Assembly (NCBI GenBank): GCA_043820285.1
Contig: JBDRDX010000047.1
Span: 1 to 56,233, forward strand
DNA: 56,233 bases
Origin: Patescibacteria group bacterium
GTDB taxonomy: Bacteria > Patescibacteriota > Gracilibacteria > UBA1369 > JAHKBB01
Direction of reading: 5' to 3'
How positions within the stretch are numbered: the stretch's first letter is position 1; each line of letters begins with the position of its first letter. This document shows positions 18,214-29,000 of the stretch, piece by piece. The notes beneath the pieces were generated by a model that worked only from the letters and a program-made list of their open reading frames with translations, ran no database searches and had not been told where the DNA came from. A program made the translations under genes and the position numbers.

Positions 18214-18400
18214 GTTTGTGATCGTTTATTATTGTTAATATTTGCGCAATGTATTTCTTTAACTTCTTGATCTTGTGAGATGCTTTTTCTTGTCCGGTCT
18301 CCACTTCAAATTTTACTTTAAATAGTTCAATTCGCGCTTCCCCTAATTCTTTCAGGAGGCTTTTTAGTGGTATTTTTTGTAGTTCTTCCAGGTCAACCAT
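18203..18400 (-). CDS. rpmC: 50S ribosomal protein uL29
   Basis: Position between rplP and rpsQ; ELFKVKF...TGQ...H.IKKLKK.IAQILT. Confidence 0.9.
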   Translation of the reverse strand: MVDLEELQKIPLKSLLKELGEARIELFKVKFEVETGQEKASHKIKKLKKYIAQILTIINDHKHEN

Positions 18401-18819
18401 TACTTTTCATGTGTGTTAATAAATCTGCATTTTACTGGTAATTTTTGTGCTGCGCGTCTCATGGCTTCCTTTGCCAGATCTGTTTCTACACCTGCCATTT
18501 CAAACAAAATTGTTCCTTTTTTTGCCAGTGCAACGTAAAAATCCGGTGCTCCCTTGCCACTTCCCATTGGTACTTCTGCTGCTTTTCTTGTTATTACCTT
18601 ATGCGGGAATATTCTAATCCAGATTTTCCCTCCTCTTTTTATATATCTTGTCATTGCTCGTCTCGCCGCTTCGATCTGCCTGGATGTAATTTCGCTTGTT
18701 TGCATAGCCTTTAACCCGTATTCACCGAAGCTTACAAGGGTTCCGCGTGTTGCAGTGCCTTTGAAGGCTCCTCTTCGTCTAAATTCTTTTCTATGTTTTT
18801 GCTTACGTGGCTGCAGCAT
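18400..18819 (-). CDS. rplP: 50S ribosomal protein uL16
   Basis: [35 protein letters not shown]. Confidence 0.98.
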   Translation of the reverse strand: MLQPRKQKHRKEFRRRGAFKGTATRGTLVSFGEYGLKAMQTSEITSRQIEAARRAMTRYIKRGGKIWIRIFPHKVITRKAAEVPMGSGKGAPDFYVALAKKGTILFEMAGVETDLAKEAMRRAAQKLPVKCRFINTHEK

Positions 18820-19523
18820 TATTTCTCGGCTTTTTTAGTGGTTTTTTTAGGTTCTTTTTCCTCCCTTGGCTCCTCTACCGGCTCTTCCTTTTTTTTCTTG
18901 AATATTTCGCCTTTGTATATCCAAACTTTTATTCCAATTATTCCGTATGTCGTGTGTGCCGGGACCAGTGCATAGTCAATATCTGCTCTGAATGTGTGTA
19001 GAGGAATTTTCCCCTTCGAGAAAAATTCCGTTCTTGCGATTTCCACGCCGTTTAGTCTCCCCGACAGGAGGATTTTTGCTCCCAGAGCGCCCGCTTCTAT
19101 TGCCTTGTCGATAGCCATTTTCGCCGCTCTTCTGTATGAGATTCTCTTTTCAACTTGTCTTGCTACGCCTTCTCCCACGATTTTTGCACTTAGCGCCGGA
19201 TTTTTCACTTCTCGGATGTTGATCTCGAATCTGTCATCGAATTTTTTGTTTAATTTGTCTCTGAGTTTTTCGATTGCTGTTCCTCCACGTCCGATTATCA
19301 GTCCGGGTTTTGCTGTGTGAATGTTAATGATCACTTGATTTGCGGTTCTTTGGATCTCAAGATGAGAAATCCCGGCTTCTGTCAGATCTTTTTCTATAAG
19401 TTTTTCGATTTCCAGATCTTGATGAAGTAGTTTTGCGTAGTTTCTTTTTGTAGCGTACCACTTCGAGTTCCAGTCCCGAATCACTCCTATTCTAATTATA
19501 TTTGGATTAACCTTTTGTCCCAT
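18819..19523 (-). CDS. rpsC: 30S ribosomal protein uS3
   Basis: [41 protein letters not shown]. Confidence 0.98.
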   Translation of the reverse strand: MGQKVNPNIIRIGVIRDWNSKWYATKRNYAKLLHQDLEIEKLIEKDLTEAGISHLEIQRTANQVIINIHTAKPGLIIGRGGTAIEKLRDKLNKKFDDRFEINIREVKNPALSAKIVGEGVARQVEKRISYRRAAKMAIDKAIEAGALGAKILLSGRLNGVEIARTEFFSKGKIPLHTFRADIDYALVPAHTTYGIIGIKVWIYKGEIFKKKKEEPVEEPREEKEPKKTTKKAEK

Positions 19524-19530
19524 AATACAA

Positions 19531-19563
19531 GTTGTGAATTAATTTTTTCATTGTCCTCGCCTT
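19531..19563 (-). repeat. 5' motif (family II) with mini-ORF (19507-19551) upstream of rpsC
   Basis: Minus strand AAGGCGAGGACAATGAAAAAATTAATTCACAAC; 32 nt identical to the rpsM copy. Confidence 0.85.
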
Positions 19564-19579
19564 AACTTTGGCACTGTTT

Positions 19580-19981
19580 TTATGATTTAGTTTTCTTTTC
19601 AGCTTTTTCCTCCTTTTTCGGCTCCTCTTTCTTCACCGGAGCTTCCTTCTTTTCTTCCTGGACTCCTACTGTAACGGTTATATGTGACGATCTTTTTAGT
19701 ATTGGGTGCGCACGCCCTCGTGAGATCGGGATGTGCCTTTTGTACATTGGGCCTTGAGTTACAATAATCTCTTTTATGTACAGATCATCCATATTTTGCT
19801 TGAAATTCGTTTCTGCGTTTGCGGCTGCCGATTTTACTACTTTGTGAAGAATCGCAGCTCCTTTCTTAGGTGTAAATTTCAATGTGTTTAACGCATCCGT
19901 AACTTTTTGATTACGAACCAAGTCAGCGATTAGATTCGCTTTTTTTGGTGAGATCAATTTGTATCTTAGGATTGCTTTCAT
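19580..19981 (-). CDS. rplV: 50S ribosomal protein uL22
   Basis: ISPKKANLIADLVR, SAAANAE, RGRAHPILKRSSHITV. Confidence 0.98.
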   Translation of the reverse strand: MKAILRYKLISPKKANLIADLVRNQKVTDALNTLKFTPKKGAAILHKVVKSAAANAETNFKQNMDDLYIKEIIVTQGPMYKRHIPISRGRAHPILKRSSHITVTVGVQEEKKEAPVKKEEPKKEEKAEKKTKS

Positions 19982-19990
19982 GATGTGGTG

Positions 19991-20013
19991 GGAGCGCTCC
20001 GCGCTTCGCGCTA
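19991..20013 (-). repeat. shortened family I S-unit starting at the rpsS stop
   Basis: Minus strand TAGCGC-GAA-GCGC-GGA-GCGCTCC (inner loop missing). Confidence 0.7.
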
Positions 20014-20280
20014 TGCAGCTAGTCTTCCTCCGTGTGCTTTAAATTTTCTGGTAGGGGAGAACTCTCCGAGTTTATGTCCTACCATATTTTCAGTAATAAA
20101 TACAGGTATATGTTGTTTCCCGTTGTGAACTGCGAATGTGTGTCCTACGAATTCCGGTGCAATAGCACTTCCTCTTGCCCAAGTCTTTATCGGTCTTTTT
20201 TGTCCCGTTGCGTTCAGCGCTTCTACTTTTTTTAGTAGTTTCGGGTCTATGTGTGGTCCTTTTTTGCTACTTCGCGACAT
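20011..20280 (-). CDS. rpsS: 30S ribosomal protein uS19
   Basis: [33 protein letters not shown]. Confidence 0.98.
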   Translation of the reverse strand: MSRSSKKGPHIDPKLLKKVEALNATGQKRPIKTWARGSAIAPEFVGHTFAVHNGKQHIPVFITENMVGHKLGEFSPTRKFKAHGGRLAA

Positions 20281-20302
20281 AATGTTTGATTACTAGTGTT
20301 TT

Positions 20303-20371
20303 TCTTGGCAGAAGCGCTGTCGCTTTCTGCCGCTTTTGGCGCTTCGCCTCGCTTTGCTCGGCTTCGCGCTA
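20303..20371 (-). repeat. family I S+L repeat starting at the rplB stop
   Basis: Minus strand TAGCGC-GAA-GCC-GA-GC-AAA-GC-GA-GGC-GAA-GCGC followed by GGCAGAAAGCGACAGCGCTTCTGCCAAGA. Confidence 0.9.
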
Positions 20372-21208
20372 TTTCTTATTTCTATGCCTGCTTCTTACGA
20401 TCCATTTATCTGTTGCTTTGTTCTTTCTCGTTTTCTTTCCTAACGCCTTTGCTCCCCAAGGTGTTTTTGGCGCCTTTAAACCGATTGGCTGATTTCCTTC
20501 ACCACCTCCATGTGGATGATCCACGGGGTTCATTGCGGAACCTCTTACTTCCGGTCTTCTTCCCATCCATCTGGATCTTCCAGCTTTACCTATTTTAATA
20601 TTTGAGTGCTCCGGATTACTCACTTCTCCCACTGTTGCGTAACATTCTTTTGGTACAAATCTTATTTCTCCGGATGGCATTTGTACCTGAGCGTGCTTTG
20701 TTTCCAGCGATACAACTTTTCCGCTTGATCCCGCGCTTCTTATCACTTGCCCGCCTTTTCCTTTCTTTAACTCGATGTTGAAGATTGGGAATCCAATGGG
20801 AATGTGGTTTAGCGTCATTCTGTTTCCGGGATATGCCTTCGCCTTTACCTTTGTTACCACTTCGTGTCCGATTTTTACTTCATTTGGCGCCAAATGATAT
20901 CTTCTCTCACTATCCTTGTATTTAACGAGCATAATGTACGCGTTTCTGTTTGGATCATACTCAATTTCTTCTACGATTCCCGGTATATTTAGCTTATCCG
21001 CTCTGTTAAAGTCAACCATTCTGTATCTTCTTTTGTGGCCTCCACCTCTGTGTCTTACGGTGATGCGGCCGCTATTGTTTCTTCCTGATCCGCGTTTCAT
21101 TGAAGTGGTCAGCTGTTTTGTTGGCGTTTTCTTGGTAATCTTCTCTTGGGCGTCTTTTGACATCCCTCTTCGTCCCGGTGTTGTTGGTTTGTACTTAATG
21201 ACTGTCAT
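20369..21208 (-). CDS. rplB: 50S ribosomal protein uL2
   Basis: GRNNSGRITVRHRGGGHK, EYDPNR, MNPVDHPHGGGEG. Confidence 0.98.
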   Translation of the reverse strand: MTVIKYKPTTPGRRGMSKDAQEKITKKTPTKQLTTSMKRGSGRNNSGRITVRHRGGGHKRRYRMVDFNRADKLNIPGIVEEIEYDPNRNAYIMLVKYKDSERRYHLAPNEVKIGHEVVTKVKAKAYPGNRMTLNHIPIGFPIFNIELKKGKGGQVIRSAGSSGKVVSLETKHAQVQMPSGEIRFVPKECYATVGEVSNPEHSNIKIGKAGRSRWMGRRPEVRGSAMNPVDHPHGGGEGNQPIGLKAPKTPWGAKALGKKTRKNKATDKWIVRSRHRNKK

Positions 21209-21235
21209 TATGGTATTTAGATCTTATTAGTGTTG

Positions 21236-21446
21236 TCTTGGCAGGAGCGCTATCGCTTCGCGCTTGGCGCTCCGCCTTTCGGCTCCGCGCTTGGCGCTCC
21301 GCTTCGCTTCGCGCTTGGCGCTCCGCTTACGCTTCGCGCTTTGGCGCTCCGCTTCGCTTCGCGCTTGGCGCTCCGCCTTTCGGCTCCGCGCTTGGCGCTC
21401 CGCCTTTCGGCTTCGCGCTTTGGCGCTCCGCTTACGCTTCGCGCTG
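21236..21446 (-). repeat. tandem array of 7 family I S-units plus one S/L hybrid between rplW and rplB
   Basis: 24-28 nt units AGCGC-GRA-(GCGAAGC|GCGTAAGC|GCCGAAAGGC)-GGA-GCGCCA; the first unit supplies the rplW stop. Confidence 0.92.
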
Positions 21447-21743
21447 CTTAACGTTAATTTTATTAACATCTATAGCTTTTTCACCTTTGCGCAATGTGAC
21501 GATTGCCTTTTTTAATTCAGGTTTCTTTATAAGTTCTCTTCTTTTCGCCAACATTCTCTTTTTTGGGTGAGTTTTAATGATTCTTATGGTACCAACTTTG
21601 GCTCCATATATCTTTTCCACCGCCTTTTTCACTTCAACTTTTGTCGCATCTTTCTTTACTATGAATACGTATTTAGAAATCCCGGCCAAATCTGTGGCCT
21701 TTTCCGTTACTACCGGTCGCGTGATTACTGTTAATTCACTCAT
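21432..21743 (-). CDS. rplW: 50S ribosomal protein uL23
   Basis: RPVVTEKA, YVFIV...ATKVEVKKAVE, KKAIVTL. Confidence 0.97.
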   Translation of the reverse strand: MSELTVITRPVVTEKATDLAGISKYVFIVKKDATKVEVKKAVEKIYGAKVGTIRIIKTHPKKRMLAKRRELIKKPELKKAIVTLRKGEKAIDVNKINVKQREA

Positions 21744-22366
21744 AGGAATAGTTTTTCCATTTTATCTAATGCGTCTTTTAAAAATAAAACCTTATCGTAC
21801 TTGATAAGGTCTTGAATATTTAAATAATTAACTAGAATTGTTTTTGTTGTCGTAATATTGCGTGCTGATTTCTCGAGAGATTCATGCTTTTCCGGAAGCA
21901 CGAGCAGCAGGTCTTTCTCAATTGCCATTTTCTTGATCATTTCTATAAAATCCTTGGTCTTTGGAGTCTTCGCTTTATACTCTTCCAATGCCAAAACCTT
22001 GTTTTCTCTAACTTTTTCGGAAAGTGCGGAGAAAAGAGCCTTTCTTCTTTGCTTGCGCGGCATGTCTTTCTTCCAATTCCTTTCGTTTGTTGGTCCAAAT
22101 ACAACTCCACCACCTCTCAGGTTAACTGTTCTTAATGAACCTTGTCTTGCTCTACCCGTTCCCTTTTGCCTGAATGGCTTTGCTCCACCACCTCTTACGT
22201 CAGCTTGCGTCTTTGTGTGTGCTGTCCCAAGTCTCTTGTTTGAAAGTTGTCTGACTAAAGCCTGATGTACAAGATCTTTGTTGAAAGGGATGTCGAAAAT
22301 GGAAGCATTTAGAGTTACTTCTCCTTTTCTTTCACCTTTCTGATTGTACAATGGCGCTTTAGGCAT
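21740..22366 (-). CDS. rplD: 50S ribosomal protein uL4
   Basis: GTAHTKT..DVRGGGAKPFRQKGTGRARQGS, GGGVVFGP. Confidence 0.98.
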   Translation of the reverse strand: MPKAPLYNQKGERKGEVTLNASIFDIPFNKDLVHQALVRQLSNKRLGTAHTKTQADVRGGGAKPFRQKGTGRARQGSLRTVNLRGGGVVFGPTNERNWKKDMPRKQRRKALFSALSEKVRENKVLALEEYKAKTPKTKDFIEMIKKMAIEKDLLLVLPEKHESLEKSARNITTTKTILVNYLNIQDLIKYDKVLFLKDALDKMEKLFL

Positions 22367-22943
22367 TTTTCTTTATAATGATTATTCCGTTTTTTCCTCC
22401 AGGGACCGGCCCTCGGAGGCCGATTAGGTTTTTTTCTATGTCTATGTATTCAACCTTTGTTCTTTTGATTGTGACTGTGTCTGTACCCATTCTTCCCGGC
22501 ATTTTCTTGCCCTTAAGTACTCTTCCGGGTTTTGCACAGGCTCCTATTGAACCTGGTTCTCTGTGATGATGGGAGCCGTGTGATTCCGGTCCTCTTGAGA
22601 AATTATATCTTTTGATTACTCCTTGGAAACCTTTGCCTTTTGAAATTCCTGTTACGCGTACTTCTTCCACTTCTTTGAATGTTTCCAATGTCACTTTGTC
22701 TCCTTTTTTGACTTCTTCACCGTCTTCTGCTTGAAATTCTTTCAAATGCATAAACTTCCTGGTCTTTCGCGGCTTTTTTAACTCAGAAAAACCGAGGACT
22801 ACCGCCGGATATCCGTCTTTCTCTTCTGTCTTTACCTGAGTAACCTCATTTGGGTCACACTGTATAACAGTTATCGGGATCACGCGACCATCGTCTTTTA
22901 TGACGCGAGTCATACCTAATTTTTTGCCGATAATTCCATTCAT
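22359..22943 (-). CDS. rplC: 50S ribosomal protein uL3
   Basis: GKKLGMT, SKGKGFQGVIKR, HGSHHHREPGSIG, KGKKMPGRMG. Confidence 0.98.
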   Translation of the reverse strand: MNGIIGKKLGMTRVIKDDGRVIPITVIQCDPNEVTQVKTEEKDGYPAVVLGFSELKKPRKTRKFMHLKEFQAEDGEEVKKGDKVTLETFKEVEEVRVTGISKGKGFQGVIKRYNFSRGPESHGSHHHREPGSIGACAKPGRVLKGKKMPGRMGTDTVTIKRTKVEYIDIEKNLIGLRGPVPGGKNGIIIIKKNA

Positions 22944-23030
22944 AGTTCATAGAGGTTAATGGCCTTAAAAAGACTTTCGGCAAGCCCTTTTCAGCGCTTT
23001 AACATACGAAAAAATTAATTTCGCCGCTAG

Positions 23031-23059
23031 AGTTTATCGAAATGGGTATCTACAGTCAA
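23031..23059 (-). promoter_or_regulatory. putative sigma70 promoter for rplC
   Basis: Minus strand TTGACT-17nt-TAAACT; the -35 box overlaps the TGA stop of the giant gene. Confidence 0.6.
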
Positions 23060-26000
23060 GCCTTTTTCTTTCTTTTGTGACGTCTTTCGTAAAGGAGGAA
23101 TCGTGCTGTCACGAGTACGGCCAGTCCGATCAATATATACGAGAAGAGTTCACTCATGGCTTTTTGGGCCGTGTAACCTGTCTGCGCTTCCTTTTTAGCG
23201 GCAAGTTTATACCTGTCTGTGATTATTGTACTTCCTTCTTCAATCTCAAATTCTATTCTCAGAGATTCACTCATGACTTTGTTGTCCTCTTTGATAGAAT
23301 ATACGATTACTTCGTGCTTTCCCGGTTCAAGTGGATGAGGTGGTTTTATGGCGAAGTATCCGGCTTGTGTATCTGCGATCAATGACGAGGTTGACACTAC
23401 GGATCTCCATACCGATATGACCTGGCTTCCCATGTCTGTTGTACCTTCCAGTGGCGGAAGCAGGTTTCGGAGGAATACTTTTCTCTTCCCTTCTATTACG
23501 CCTTTTGGAACCCTCTTTCCTCCAAGTTTCATTACGTTTGGCGCCTGTACTCCCAATGTTGTATCAATAAGGATTGTCACAGGCTTGCTTTGCCTAATTT
23601 GTTTTTCTTTGAGATTGATCTCTTGTGCGATGAAGATATATTCACCATCTTGCAGTGAATCTGCAGTTTCGAATATAAATGTGTTGTTTTCATCCGCTTT
23701 TACCTCTCCCAGTATCTTTTGATGTCCGAATGTATTTCTGACAAGTATTTGAACAGGAAGATTGTATTTTGCGGTACCTTTTACTAGTGGGGTATTGTCT
23801 GCAATTGTCTGTCCGTCTTGGAGATTGGTAATTTCAACTCCCGTTCCACAGGTTTCATTATATTTGGTTGGATCTGTGCCGCAATCAAATACTTCTTCCG
23901 CATCCGTGAATCCGTCACCGTCTGTATCCGGATTTAACGGGTTTGTGTTGTATGTGTATTCAAGTCTGTCCACAAGGCCTTCTCCGTCTGTATCTTGCAT
24001 TCCGTTTCCAACTTCAATGTCGAAGAATTTTTCCCATTCATCCGATACGTTATTACCATCGTTGTCAGTAGGGAAGTCGTATGGGTTTAATGGGTCGGTT
24101 CCGGCATGTACTTCCTGTTTGTCGGTGAATGTGTCTCCATCGGTATCCGCCTTTAATGGGTTTGTTTTGTATTTTTCAACTTCTTCATAGTCATCCAACC
24201 CTTCTTTATCGGTATCTTTGCGGAGTGGGGAAGTCTTGTGAGTTATGACTTCGTGGTAATCTGTTAAGCCGTCTCCGTCAGTGTCTTTATTATTAGGGTC
24301 TGTTCCATACACTATTTTTTCCATTATGTCCGTTAAGCCGTCTTTGTCTGTATCTCTGTTGAATTTGTCTTCCAGATCCCAAGCTTTTATATATGCGAGG
24401 GTATTTATAATGATTTCATCCAGTTTCTTTCGCGTCACGTATTCACTTAAATCTTCCTCGCAATTTGCGATGCCATACTTACAAGCTTCTTCAGCGCTTC
24501 CCATCTCAAGCGCTCTTACTATCATTTCAAGGGTTTCTTCTATTGTTGAAGGTTCGGATGGGTCAAATGCATATCCCATCTTTGTATTGTTTGGCATCAC
24601 TCCGAGTTCAATCGCTTTCATTGTGATTGCGTAGTATTGATCCGTGACCGGGATATCCGTGAATACTTCCGGTCTTGATGCTGAAAGACTTTCAGTGATC
24701 TTTTTTGAAGCTTTGTCTTTTGGCATGTAAATCTTCAAACATTCAATCTTGTTTTGATTACAAGCCGCTATTACCTGTTTTTTCAATTTCTCAAGTTTGA
24801 GTTCGTTTACAAGGGCCGTTATTATCTCTATTCTTGTTAGGAATTGTTTCAGTTCTTTTGGTTTAAGGAGTTTGGATAGAAGTTTTCCGGTATCATCATC
24901 TACGTCTGTATTGATCGGACTTGTAATGATTTGGATAACGTTATTATTGTCATCATCGTCATCACAGCCTTTTGTTCCTACGCATGTTCCTCCGCATCCG
25001 TTTGCGAATTGTTTTCCGCTGCATACATTTGGGGCTTGAGAACAACTTGGCGTACATTCCGGATCAGTTGCGCATTCGTCTGTGGTTTTTGTTCCTTCAC
25101 AAACTCCTCCGCAAGTATTTCCGAATGTATTTCCGACACAGACTCCTTCCGCTCCGGAGCAATTCGGGACGCAGACTACGGTGCATACATTTCCTTCATC
25201 TGTTTGACCGTCGCAGTCGTTGTCTTTGCCGTCGCATATTTCGCTTGTTGGGGCTGTGTTGCCTATGCATGTGCTCCACTCTTTGTTGTTTCTGCAAGCT
25301 TGGACACCTTCTGAACATTCACCTATATTGCTGCCGCATTTTTGAACATCTCCGGATTTACAGGCGCAATCCAGTTCCTCGTCTATCTTGCCATCGCAGT
25401 CATTGTCTTTACCATCACATATTTCCGCGCTTGATCCGGTTCCGCCCGCGCAAGCTCCCCATTGACTGTTTCCTCCACATGTTTGAGTTCCAAACGAACA
25501 CTCTCCCGTATCGATTCCACAGTTTTGAGTTGCTCCCGGTCTACAGGTGCAATCAAGTTCTTCATCTACTTTGCCATCACAGTCATTGTCAAGATTGTCG
25601 CAAACTTCCGCTGACCCTGTTTTGGGGGTTGCATTGCACGCTGTTGAGGCTCCATTCTTCGAGCACGTGATTGTGCCTGATGTCGAGCAAACTCCAAGTC
25701 CCGCACTGCAGGCTTGTCCCAGTGCAAAGCCTTCATCTGTTTCCCCATCACAGTCATTGTCTTTTCCGTCACAAATCTCTCTTGCGGCATTTATTCTTCC
25801 AACGCATTGTCCCCATTTTGAATTACTTCCGCATGTTTGAAGTCCGGCTTTACATTCTCCCGTATCTATTCCGCAAGGGATTGTTTCACCCGGGGTACAT
25901 GAACAGTCCAGACCTTCATCCGTTTCACCGTCACAATCGTTGTCCAGGCTGTCGCAAACTTCTGTTGATCCCGAAGACGGTGTTACGCTACAAATTGCGC

Positions 26001-29000
26001 TGCCTTTTTTGTCGCAGACAAGAGTTCCGCTTTTGGCACATACTCCGACACCCACGCTGCAGGCGGCTCCTTTGTTTAGGCCTTCGTCAATTTGTCCGTC
26101 GCAGTCATTATCGATGTTGTCGCAAACTTCCGCTTTCGGCTCGCATACAACGCAAACGTTTCCTTCATCTTTTTGTCCATCGCAGTCATTGTCTATGTTG
26201 TCACATATTTCTTCTGTTGGCAGGCAGGCCGCGCATACATCGCCCTCATCAATAAATCCATCACAGTCGTTGTCCTTATTATCGCAAACTTCCGTACTTG
26301 GAGTACATACCGCGTCCGCGCATGCTCCGTCCGTACAGACGTTTGGACATTTGTACCATTGGGTATGGACATATGTTGTTGAATATTTGGTGCTGCAATG
26401 TGTTTCCGCTATCCACGGTCCACTTTTCTTGTCTTTGTCTCCCGCTCTTTCTCCGCATGAATCCCAATATGCGCCGACTATATATGTCCCTTCTTTTGGC
26501 CCGTATGCATTGCCTTTAACTTTGTAATCCAATCCTCCATCTGAGTCTGTGCAAACGGTTTCTTCTTTACAATCTGAATCCGCTGTATCTGCTTTCCCGT
26601 CACAGTCGTCATCAATCTCATTGTCACAAATTTCATTTGATGGAGTTCCTTCCACTGCGGGGCAAGCCGCTCCTGTCCCTGCGTCGTTGCATATGTATGT
26701 TGAAGTTGATTTGCAGGCTCCGGTTCCGACCGTGCACGATTTCCCTAATTGGAAATCTTCATCCACTAGATTGTCGCAATCGTTATCCATACCATCGCAG
26801 ACTTCTGTTGAAGGTGTGCAGACCGCCTGACAGCCCTCATTTACTTGGCCATCACAGTTGTCATCTATGGAATTGTTGCAAACTTCGCTCGCGCCCGGAT
26901 TTACGTTCGCGTTTGTGTCATTGCAATCCGGTGCCTGGTTTCCCGTCCATATACATGTCGCGCGATTGTCTCCCGTGTATCCGTCTGCGTCCGGGTCCGT
27001 GCAGGCTGGGGGTGGGATTACAGGTGCTTCTCTATATATTTCGGTTGAGTCTGTGTCGTATGCGGAATATCCGGAAGTGTTGTAGCCTCGTGTTCTATAT
27101 TGGTACGTAGTCCCCGCTTGGGGATATGTGGAAGGATTTGTTGTTGGGTTGTCGGTAAATGTTACGGTATTTGCCGCTACCGATCCGATTTCAGTCCAGT
27201 TATTCCATCCCGCTCCTTCGTTTGTTCTGCGTTCGATTTTGTAGCTGTCTTCTGTAGTTGAATTATCTGTCCAAGTCATAGTTGTTTCTGTATCGGATAC
27301 GGCCGCGGCTAAAGTGTCAGACGGAGTTGCCGGTACGTCCTGCATTGTAAATGTTCCTGAACTTGGCCAGTCTCCTTCCGCGTCATCGTCGTCCCAGAAT
27401 TTTATTCTCCAATAATATGTTACGGCGCCATCGTCCAGACTTAGATTTAATGTTGGTGCAGTACCAAAACTTCCATACGTGAGGTCTGCTATTCTATTTC
27501 CCGCCGTGCAGTTTGTTATTGAAGTTTTGGCGCTGTCCCAATGCGTTATGGACGCGAATGTGTTATCCGTGCTGACTTGGATTCTCGCGTTATTAATGAT
27601 GTCTCCCGCGTCCGCGTCGTTGCAGAGCGCTGAGAACGCAGGTGTTGCATCGGTTAGGTTTGTTGGGTTTGTGTCTCCGGCTTGGGCCGTTGAGTTGTTT
27701 GCGTACAACGTGCCTGCGGTGGGGGATGAGTTGTCGAGAGTTACTAATTTACTTCCCGCGCTTCCGTTTTCCGGGCCGGTTCCACCGGTGACTGTAATGC
27801 TGCTATCCGTGAATGAGCTTGAGGTGCTGTATACGAAGTACGCACCGCCTCCGCCTCCTCCACCTCCAGGCAATACCGCTCCGCCACCATTATTTCCGCC
27901 TGTAGCGGTGATACTGTTTGGTGTTCCCGCATATGCGGCTGCAAAGAAATTAATTCCTCCTCCCGATCCGCCGCCGCCTCCTTGATTGCTGGATCCCGCG
28001 GTTCCGTTTGCTCCATCAGCGGTGATATCTCCGTTTATCGTGACTGTCCCTGTGGATGTCAATTTTATATATCCACCCCCGGCTCCTCCTGTTGCGTTTT
28101 CTCCTGCGCCACCACCGCCTGATCCCATGCCCAATGAATCCAAGCTTGTTAATGTGCAAGTACCGCTTCCTCCGGCGCCTGCCGCTCCTTCATCACCTGT
28201 TCCTCCGGCTCCGCAGTATCCGCCGCCGCCGCCGCCGCCGGCATTTCCTATTCCGGCGCCCGTTCCATTTCCATCCGCGCTTTGTGCGCCTCCGTCGAGC
28301 CCTTTGCCGTCTACATTTATAGATCCGCCGGAAGCTATAGTTGCATCTCCAACGGAGATATTTACTATATGTGATTGAGCGGTGCTGTTGTCTCCGTGAG
28401 TTAATGTTCCTCCATTGTTGACTATGAGGCTGTTTAGAGAGAGTGCGTTTGAAGTTGTGAAGTTTCTCATATCCAAGGTTCCGCTTGAACCGATTACCAG
28501 TGGTATATTACCTAAATTTGTCCACGTTGAACCCTGATAAAACGCCAATGTGGCTGAACTGATTTCCGGAGTCGCTGTTGTTGTCAGCGTACCTCCGTTT
28601 ATTTTCAAGGTTCCTGTTCCATCAGAGGATTGTACCAGAGCATTGGTATTGTCTAACGTTAATGTCTTGCCTGTTGAAACCGTATATATGGCGTTACCAT
28701 TTAATGATATTGCGGCTGGGTCCAAAGAGATTGCGACTTGAGGTGTTTCGGCTCCCGTTATCCCGTTATTGTGTGCGCATATTTGGTTTTGATCCACGAC
28801 GTATGCCAGACCGGACCCTCCGGATTCGGCTCCTATTCCGCCACGTGTTAAGGGATCCATTGAACACGCAAATTGATTTGTCCCTCCCGAAGACACATAT
28901 ATGCAGCCGCCGCCGCCGCCGCCACCGGAATCCATACCGCCAGCTCCTCCATAGGCGAGAGGTGTTACCGTCCCCAAAATTCCACCGGATCCGACGGAGA

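Noticed and set aside
9507-19563. DnaA boxes/oriC in the TAATCCACA or TAATTCACA part of the family II motif
   Set aside because: Mismatched to TTATCCACA, dispersed singly before r-protein genes, and no box cluster or DUE
21236-21446. CRISPR array interpretation of the tandem repeats
   Set aside because: The variable parts are only 7-10 nt, recur and are themselves hairpins; there are no unique spacers and no cas genes in the window
21227-21570. Short ORFs on both strands over the repeat array (e.g. 21227-21469, 21238-21570)
   Set aside because: Low-complexity translations of a stop-poor GC repeat that overlap rplW
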